Source of the DNA: an uncultured Bacteroides sp.
GTDB taxonomy: Bacteria > Bacteroidota > Bacteroidia > Bacteroidales > Bacteroidaceae
Assembly (NCBI GenBank): GCA_900551445.1
Contig: URWA01000001.1
Location: 69,141-133,140, forward strand
Direction of reading: 5' to 3'
DNA length: 64,000 bases
Shown: positions 58,801 through 64,000 of the stretch, piece after piece
Layout of the letters: each line of letters starts with the position of its first letter
Position numbering within the stretch: position 1 is the first letter of the stretch
Made by a program: the position numbers and the translations under genes
The notes under the pieces: model-generated
What the model was told of the DNA's origin: nothing
Databases searched by the model: none
Seen by the model: the letters and a program-made list of their open reading frames with translations, nothing else

Positions 58801-60431
58801 TCCTCACGTATCGGGTCGATAGGCGGGTTGGTGACCTGCGCAAACTGCTGGCGGAAATAGTTGAACAAAACCTGGGGTTTGTCGGACAATACCGCCAACG
58901 GAGTGTCATTACCCATGGAAGCAGTCGGTTCTGCTCCATTGATACACATCGGCGTAAGCGTGCGCTCAATATCTTCACGTGTAAAGCCGAAAGCGCGCAA
59001 ACGGCGTTCATAGTCTGGTACAGAATTGGAAATCTTACGACCGCTGCGCAACGTATCCAGCTCAATCCGGTTGGTAGAAAGCCACTGACGATAAGGTCTG
59101 GCTGCGGCCAACTGGTCTTTCAGTTCACCATCATAGTAGATACGACCTTCCTGGGTATCGACCAACAGAATCTTACCCGGCTGAAGACGGCCTTTTTCCT
59201 TAATGGCTTCCGGTTCAAAATTGATGACACCTGCTTCACTGGCTACCACCATCATATCATTTTTCGTAATCAGGTAGCGGGCCGGACGCAGACCGTTACG
59301 GTCCAACATACCTCCTGCATAACGTCCATCACTGAACAGCAAGGCAGCCGGGCCATCCCACGGTTCCATCAAAATAGAATGGTATTCATAAAATGCCTTC
59401 AAGTCTTCACTGATAGGGTTCTTGTCGTTGAACGATTCAGGCACCAGCATGGCCATCGCGTGAGGCAGGCTCAATCCTGACATAACGAAGAATTCCAACA
59501 CATTATCAAGCGAAGCACTGTCACTCATTCCCGGCTGGATAATCGGGCCGATCTTCTTCACATCGCCCAGCAACGGAGTGGAGAGCACACTTTCACGCGC
59601 TTCCATCCACCCACGGTTTCCACGAATGGTATTGATTTCTCCATTGTGCGCCAACAAGCGGAACGGCTGCGCCAGGCTCCATGTAGGGAATGTATTCGTA
59701 CTAAAACGAGAATGCACGATAGCCAGCCCGCTGGTAAAATAGGGCTGAGTGAGGTCCTGAAAATATTCACGGACCTGCACAGAAGACAACATTCCTTTAT
59801 ATATAATGTTTTTGCTTGACAAAGAAACGATGTAAAAGTCCTTATGATGCACACGACGTTCAATCTTCTTACGCACTATATATAAGGTACGCTCGAAGCT
59901 CTCCAAATCGGTAGCACCCGTAATGAAAACCTGCTTGATGTCAGGCTCGGTTTCCTGCGCACTCTTTCCCAAGATGGATGAGTTTACCGGAACAGAACGC
60001 AAATGCATCAACGACAACCCTTCGCGTTCCACCTCCTCTATCATAATGCTCAAAATGGACTCTTGTTCTTTCAAATCCTTCGGGAGGAATACCAGTCCCG
60101 TACCATATTTCCCTTTCTCCGGAACCGGAATACCTTGAAGCAAAATAAATTCGTGCGGAATCTGCAACAAAATACCTGCACCGTCACCTGTTTTATTATC
60201 AGCTCCTTCCGCACCACGATGTTTCATATTCTCCAACACCTTCAAGGCAGCATCCACCAAATCATGCGATTTATTACCATGGATGTCTACAATCATTCCC
60301 ACACCGCAAGCATCATGCTCGTACTCCGGATGATAAAGGCCGGAAGAAGCCGGATGACTTTCCGCAACTTCTGCTTTGTCTTTCTTCATAAAATCTCCTG
60401 CTATCCTCATTTTGTCTTTCTTATTTAACAC
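55887..60431 (-). CDS. gltB: Glutamate synthase large subunit (true start may be 60410 or 60389)
   Basis: HDACGVG, HSRFSTNT, QGAKPGEGG, CHANTCPVG; -7 element TATTTTTG at 60462-60469 on the minus strand. Confidence 0.98.
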   Translation of the reverse strand: MLNKKDKMRIAGDFMKKDKAEVAESHPASSGLYHPEYEHDACGVGMIVDIHGNKSHDLVDAALKVLENMKHRGAEGADNKTGDGAGILLQIPHEFILLQGIPVPEKGKYGTGLVFLPKDLKEQESILSIMIEEVEREGLSLMHLRSVPVNSSILGKSAQETEPDIKQVFITGATDLESFERTLYIVRKKIERRVHHKDFYIVSLSSKNIIYKGMLSSVQVREYFQDLTQPYFTSGLAIVHSRFSTNTFPTWSLAQPFRLLAHNGEINTIRGNRGWMEARESVLSTPLLGDVKKIGPIIQPGMSDSASLDNVLEFFVMSGLSLPHAMAMLVPESFNDKNPISEDLKAFYEYHSILMEPWDGPAALLFSDGRYAGGMLDRNGLRPARYLITKNDMMVVASEAGVINFEPEAIKEKGRLQPGKILLVDTQEGRIYYDGELKDQLAAARPYRQWLSTNRIELDTLRSGRKISNSVPDYERRLRAFGFTREDIERTLTPMCINGAEPTASMGNDTPLAVLSDKPQVLFNYFRQQFAQVTNPPIDPIREELVMSLTEYIGAVGTNILLPSESHCKMVRLPHPILNNTQLDILCNIRYKGFKTVKLPILFEAAKGAEGLREALNELCKKAEAAVDEGVNYVILSDREIDKEHAAIPSLLAVSAVHHHLISVQKRVQTALIVESGEIREVMHAALLLGYGASAINPYMVFAILDDMVKKGDVQLNYETAEKNYIKAVCKGLYKVMSKMGISTIRSYRGAKIFEAVGLGSEILSTYFGTPSSSIGGVGLESIAKDYKAFHDAGFDEEEVSDLLPYIGQFSYRKDGEKHAWNPETISALQLATRLGSYAKFKEYTRRVDEKESPIFLRDFFTFRRNPIPLDDVEPVEEIVKHFVTGAMSFGSISKEAHEAMALAMNKLNTRSNTGEGGEDSDRFHETYDGISLCSKTKQVASGRFGVTTEYLVNAQEIQIKVAQGAKPGEGGQLPGFKVNEVIAKTRHSIPGISLISPPPHHDIYSIEDLAQLIFDLKNVNPKAKISVKLVAESGIGTIAAGVAKAKADLIVISGAEGGTGASPASSMRYAGISPEIGLSETQQTLVLNGLRGQVRLQTDGQLKTGRDIISMALLGAEEFGFGTSVLIVLGCVMMRKCHANTCPVGVATQDPQLRAHFRGHYRYVVNFFRFLAQEVREYLAEMGFSRLEDIVGRTDLIEIRPTTNEKASLLDFSKLLHKVDNGAALHNVTEQRHEIENVKDVSMLAAAREALENRKEVSLEYAIANTDRSVGAMLSGAVAAKYGQAGLPAQTIQVKFKGSAGQSFGAFLPHGVSFKLEGEANDYLGKGLSGGHISVQPPVRSNFLAENNVIAGNTLLYGATSGEVYINGCVGERFAVRNSGAIAVVEGVGDHCCEYMTGGRVVVLGKTGRNFAAGMSGGVAYVWDKDRNFDYFCNMEMVELSLLEDATARKELHELVRQHYLYTGSQLARTMLDNWGHYVEEFIQVTPIEYKKVLAEEQMRKLQQKIAEVQRDY

Positions 60432-60683
60432 CTAGTTCTCTATTTTCATTCTATTTGTCCACAAAAATAAGAATATAACTTCCAATATGACAGATTTAAA
60501 TGATTTTTCATGACAATATTTTCATCACCACCTATACATACTTTTATTTTAAAATAAAACAGCCATAAAATATTTCAACTTGAAACCATTTATAATTGTT
60601 TTAATTACAATTATTACATCAAGAAAGAATGAATCTATTTTTTCAAGCAGACATCTTACGCGTTCTAAGAATTGTCTGTTATT

Positions 60684-60729
60684 TTGTAAAAGGAAATCTT
60701 TACAAATTGTAAAAGGAAATCTTTACAAA
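60684..60729. repeat. Exact 23-nt tandem duplication of a palindromic unit TTGTAAA-N8-TTTACAA-A
   Basis: TTGTAAAAGGAAATCTTTACAAA twice, ending 18 nt before the purF-like ATG. Confidence 0.9.
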
Positions 60730-60747
60730 GTCTGAAACCGAAAATAA

Positions 60748-62631
60748 ATGGAAACATTAAAACATGAATGTGGCGTGGCCCTTATACGGCTTTTAAAACC
60801 ACTGGAATATTATCAAGAAAAATATGGCACATGGATGTATGGCTTGAACAAGCTGTACTTGTTAATGGAAAAACAACACAACAGAGGACAGGAAGCTGCC
60901 GGACTAGCCTGCGTGAAACTACAAGCCAACCCGGGCGAAGAATACATGTTCCGTGAAAGAGGACTGGGTGCGGGAGCCATTACAGAAATCTTCAACAATG
61001 TGCATCAGCAATATAAAGATTTGACAGAAGAACAACTGCATGACGCCGAATTCGCCAAAAAATGTTTGCCTTTTGCCGGTGAACTCTACATGGGACACTT
61101 ACGTTATTCCACTACGGGAAAAAGCGGAATTTCGTATGTACATCCGTTCCTCCGCCGCAACAACTGGCGGGCAAAGAACTTGGCATTATGCGGTAACTTC
61201 AACCTGACTAACGTAGACGAAATATTTGCCGACATCACGGAAGCCGGACAGCATCCCCGCAAATATGCCGATACGTATATCATGCTGGAACAAGTGGGAC
61301 ACCGCTTGGACAGAGAAGTAGAACGCCTCTACAACCAATGTAAGGAAGAAGGGCTGAAAGGTATGGATATCACTCATGCCATTGAGGACCGGATTGACCT
61401 GACCAACGTATTAAAAACATCTTCCCCCAAATGGGACGGCGGATACGTAATCTGCGGAATGACAGGAAGTGGAGAAGCTTTTGCCGTACGCGACCCATGG
61501 GGTATCCGTCCGGCTTTCTGGTATCAGGACGATGAAATTATGGTACTGGCTTCCGAACGTCCGGTCATACAGACTGTACTGAACATTCCGGTAGAAAGCA
61601 TCCACGAACTGATGCCGGGACAAGCTTTGCTGGTCAATAAAAAAGGACAACTCCGACTGGCACAAATCAACAAACCGGGTATTCCCAAGCCTTGTTCGTT
61701 CGAACGAATTTATTTCAGCCGCGGAAGTGACGTCGACATTTATCGGGAACGAAAGAAACTGGGTGAAATGCTGACTGAGCCTATCCTTTCGGCCGTAGAC
61801 CACGATATAGCCCATACGGTGATTTCTTTTATTCCCAACACGGCGGAAGTCGCTTTCTACGGAATGTTACAAGGGCTGGACAACTACCTGAACCGATTAA
61901 AGATCAAACAAATCGAGGCTTTAGGACATAAGCCTGACCATCAGGAGCTGGAAAAGATTTTGTCGCAACGCATCCGGAGTGAAAAGGTTGCCATCAAAGA
62001 TATCAAACTCCGTACCTTCATCGCCGAAGGCAACACGCGAAACGACTTGGCTGCACATGTGTACGACATTACTTATGGCAGCCTTGTACCCCGTGAAGAC
62101 AACTTGGTCATCATTGATGACAGCATTGTACGCGGTACAACTTTGAAGCAAAGTATTATCGGTATTCTCGACCGCCTGCAACCGAAAAAAATTGTCATCG
62201 TTTCTTCTTCTCCGCAGGTCCGCTATCCGGACTATTATGGCATCGACATGGCCAGCATGGAACAATTCATCGCTTTCAAGGCTGCCATCGCCCTACTGGA
62301 AGAACGCGACATGCAGCATGTCATTGAATATGCCTACCGAAAATCAAAAGAACAGCTGACCTTGCCGAAAGAAAAGATGCGCAATTACGTAAAGGAAATC
62401 TATGCACCTTTTACCGATGAAGAAATTTCAGAGAAGATTGCAGCACTGCTGACTCCTGCAGGCACACGGGCGAAAGTCCAAATTGTTTACCAAACACTGG
62501 AAGGATTACACAAAGCCTGTCCGGCCCATCCGGGAGACTGGTACTTCAGTGGAGATTATCCTACTCCAGGAGGGACCAAACAGGTGAACAAAGCGTTCAT
62601 TGAATGGGTAGAAGAAAACTATCAATTCTAA
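60748..62631 (+). CDS. purF: Amidophosphoribosyltransferase (Bacteroidota PurF-like)
   Basis: HECG N-terminal Cys, QHNRGQE, GHLRYST, CSFERIYFSR, IIDDSIVRGTT PRPP site, YGIDM. Confidence 0.88.
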   Translation: METLKHECGVALIRLLKPLEYYQEKYGTWMYGLNKLYLLMEKQHNRGQEAAGLACVKLQANPGEEYMFRERGLGAGAITEIFNNVHQQYKDLTEEQLHDAEFAKKCLPFAGELYMGHLRYSTTGKSGISYVHPFLRRNNWRAKNLALCGNFNLTNVDEIFADITEAGQHPRKYADTYIMLEQVGHRLDREVERLYNQCKEEGLKGMDITHAIEDRIDLTNVLKTSSPKWDGGYVICGMTGSGEAFAVRDPWGIRPAFWYQDDEIMVLASERPVIQTVLNIPVESIHELMPGQALLVNKKGQLRLAQINKPGIPKPCSFERIYFSRGSDVDIYRERKKLGEMLTEPILSAVDHDIAHTVISFIPNTAEVAFYGMLQGLDNYLNRLKIKQIEALGHKPDHQELEKILSQRIRSEKVAIKDIKLRTFIAEGNTRNDLAAHVYDITYGSLVPREDNLVIIDDSIVRGTTLKQSIIGILDRLQPKKIVIVSSSPQVRYPDYYGIDMASMEQFIAFKAAIALLEERDMQHVIEYAYRKSKEQLTLPKEKMRNYVKEIYAPFTDEEISEKIAALLTPAGTRAKVQIVYQTLEGLHKACPAHPGDWYFSGDYPTPGGTKQVNKAFIEWVEENYQF

Positions 62632-62661
62632 CGAACTGCAAGAACACTCGAAAATAAAAGC

Positions 62662-62713
62662 TACAAGCATCCTTGTTTTCATGATGGGAAAGACAGGGAT
62701 GCTTGTATTTTTT
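62662..62713 (+). terminator. Terminator after the purF-like gene
   Basis: TACAAGCATCCTTGTTTT...AAGACAGGGATGCTTGTA plus T6. Confidence 0.85.
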
Positions 62714-62843
62714 CTTCCACCTTTTCCTCAAAATTTCACTAAAAGAAGAATCAAAAAATCTTTCCTGAAGAAATGAATTTTTGTCATCTCCAGTTTGCAA
62801 TATAATGAAGTATTCGTATCTTTGCAGCGTAGAAACAGAATTC

Positions 62844-64000
62844 ATGGAAGCATTTTACAGAACACATAGCTATTTGGTAGAGCATACCAATGCCCCTGTA
62901 CGTCGTGACCTGATGGACGAAATTGACTGGAACGACCGACTGATTGGTATTAAAGGTACAAGAGGGGTAGGAAAAACCACATTTCTTTTACAATATGCAA
63001 AAGAAAAATTCGGAACCGACCGCTCATGCTTGTTCGTAAACATGAATAATTTCTACTTTTCTGAATACAGTCTGGTAGACTTTGCAGGAGAATTCGTCAA
63101 ACGAGGAGGAAAAGTATTGCTCATTGACCAGGTATTCAAACTTCCAAACTGGAGTCACGACTTGCGTACATGCTACGAGCGGTATCCACAACTCAAGATT
63201 GTGTTTACCGGTTCTTCTGTCATGCGGCTGAAAGATGAAAACCCGGAGTTGAACGGTATCGTCAAATCCTATAACCTGAGAGGCTTCTCATTCCGTGAGT
63301 TTTTAAACCTACAAACAGGGAATCATTTTTCCTCTTACACGCTCGATGAAGTCTTGCATAACCACGAACATATCGTAAAAACGATTCTACCGCACATCAA
63401 TCCGCTCAATTATTTCCAAGACTACATTCATCATGGTTTTTACCCCTTCTTCCTAGAAAAAAGGAATTTCTCCGAAAACCTGTTGAAAACCATGAACATG
63501 ATGATTGAAGTGGACATTCTTCTCATCAAACAAATTGAACTGAAATATCTGTCCAAAATCAAAAAATTACTATATTTGCTAGCTGTAGACGGACCGGTTG
63601 CGCCCAATGTGAGCCAACTGGCCAGTGAGATACAAACCTCACGAGCCACGGTCATGAACTACATCAAATACTTGGCAGATTCGAGACTGATCAACATGGT
63701 TTATCCGAAAGGAGAAAGTTTCCCCAAGAAGCCGGCTAAAATCATGATGCACAACACGAATCTGATGTACAGCATCTATCCAGTGAAAGTGGAAGAGCAG
63801 GACGTGCTGGAAACCTTCTTTGTCAATTCCCTATGGAAAGACCACAAGGTAAGCAAAGGGGAAAAAGGAACATCTTTTGTGGTAGACGAAACTCTTCACT
63901 TCCGGATATGTGGAGAAGGTAGCAAATACAAAAGCAACCCGAATATCTACTATGCGATGCATAAGATGGAAATAGGACACGGAGACCAGATACCTTTATG
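62844..64000 (+). CDS. AAA+ superfamily ATPase (AAA_14/DUF4143-like), 3' truncated by the window end
   Basis: MEAFYRTH...IGIKGTRGVGKTT (Walker A), LLIDQV, VFTGSS, GFSFREFL, GFYPFF; -7 element TATCTTTG at 62817-62824. Confidence 0.88.
   Translation, partial: MEAFYRTHSYLVEHTNAPVRRDLMDEIDWNDRLIGIKGTRGVGKTTFLLQYAKEKFGTDRSCLFVNMNNFYFSEYSLVDFAGEFVKRGGKVLLIDQVFKLPNWSHDLRTCYERYPQLKIVFTGSSVMRLKDENPELNGIVKSYNLRGFSFREFLNLQTGNHFSSYTLDEVLHNHEHIVKTILPHINPLNYFQDYIHHGFYPFFLEKRNFSENLLKTMNMMIEVDILLIKQIELKYLSKIKKLLYLLAVDGPVAPNVSQLASEIQTSRATVMNYIKYLADSRLINMVYPKGESFPKKPAKIMMHNTNLMYSIYPVKVEEQDVLETFFVNSLWKDHKVSKGEKGTSFVVDETLHFRICGEGSKYKSNPNIYYAMHKMEIGHGDQIPL

Noticed and set aside
62844..64000. AAA ATPase as an anti-phage defence gene
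   Set aside because: Truncated by the window, no partner gene visible, and it sits in a housekeeping context.

Overview
Core-chromosome window from a gut Bacteroidaceae bacterium (Bacteroides/Phocaeicola-like, judged from TAnnTTTG -7 promoters, type III GS, lnb/DUF4105 and bS22). Housekeeping blocks: mutY (partial), hup-bS22-rng, two secreted peptidases plus a Fur-family regulator, valS, an ECF sigma/anti-sigma operon, an envelope-biogenesis cluster (lnb, AP-fold protein, secA; divergently coaX, OMP, TPR, lptC, CNNM, ppiD) and a nitrogen-assimilation region (porin-glnB-amtB-GSIII; gltB-gltD-asnB-dapF-dapL; purF-like). Accessory parts: a three-gene type V pilin-like lipoprotein cluster whose first member has a metzincin motif, and a mosaic 5.5 kb patch between GSIII and dapL. 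The most striking feature is missed by the ORF track: two stand-alone paralogous micro-gene loci 15 kb apart (6548-6625 and 21776-21871). They encode 25- and 31-aa peptides with an identical DPMIWGYVMLS block conserved through synonymous changes. Each has the same promoter layout (FNR-type box, Cur/BT4338-type box starting 38 bp later, -7 element), a long structured leader, a GAAAGG RBS-like motif and its own terminator. Three sequence-unrelated intergenic arrays with an exact 22-nt period also occur. No rRNA, tRNA, CRISPR, IS or prophage was seen. Family calls come from recognised motifs, not database searches.
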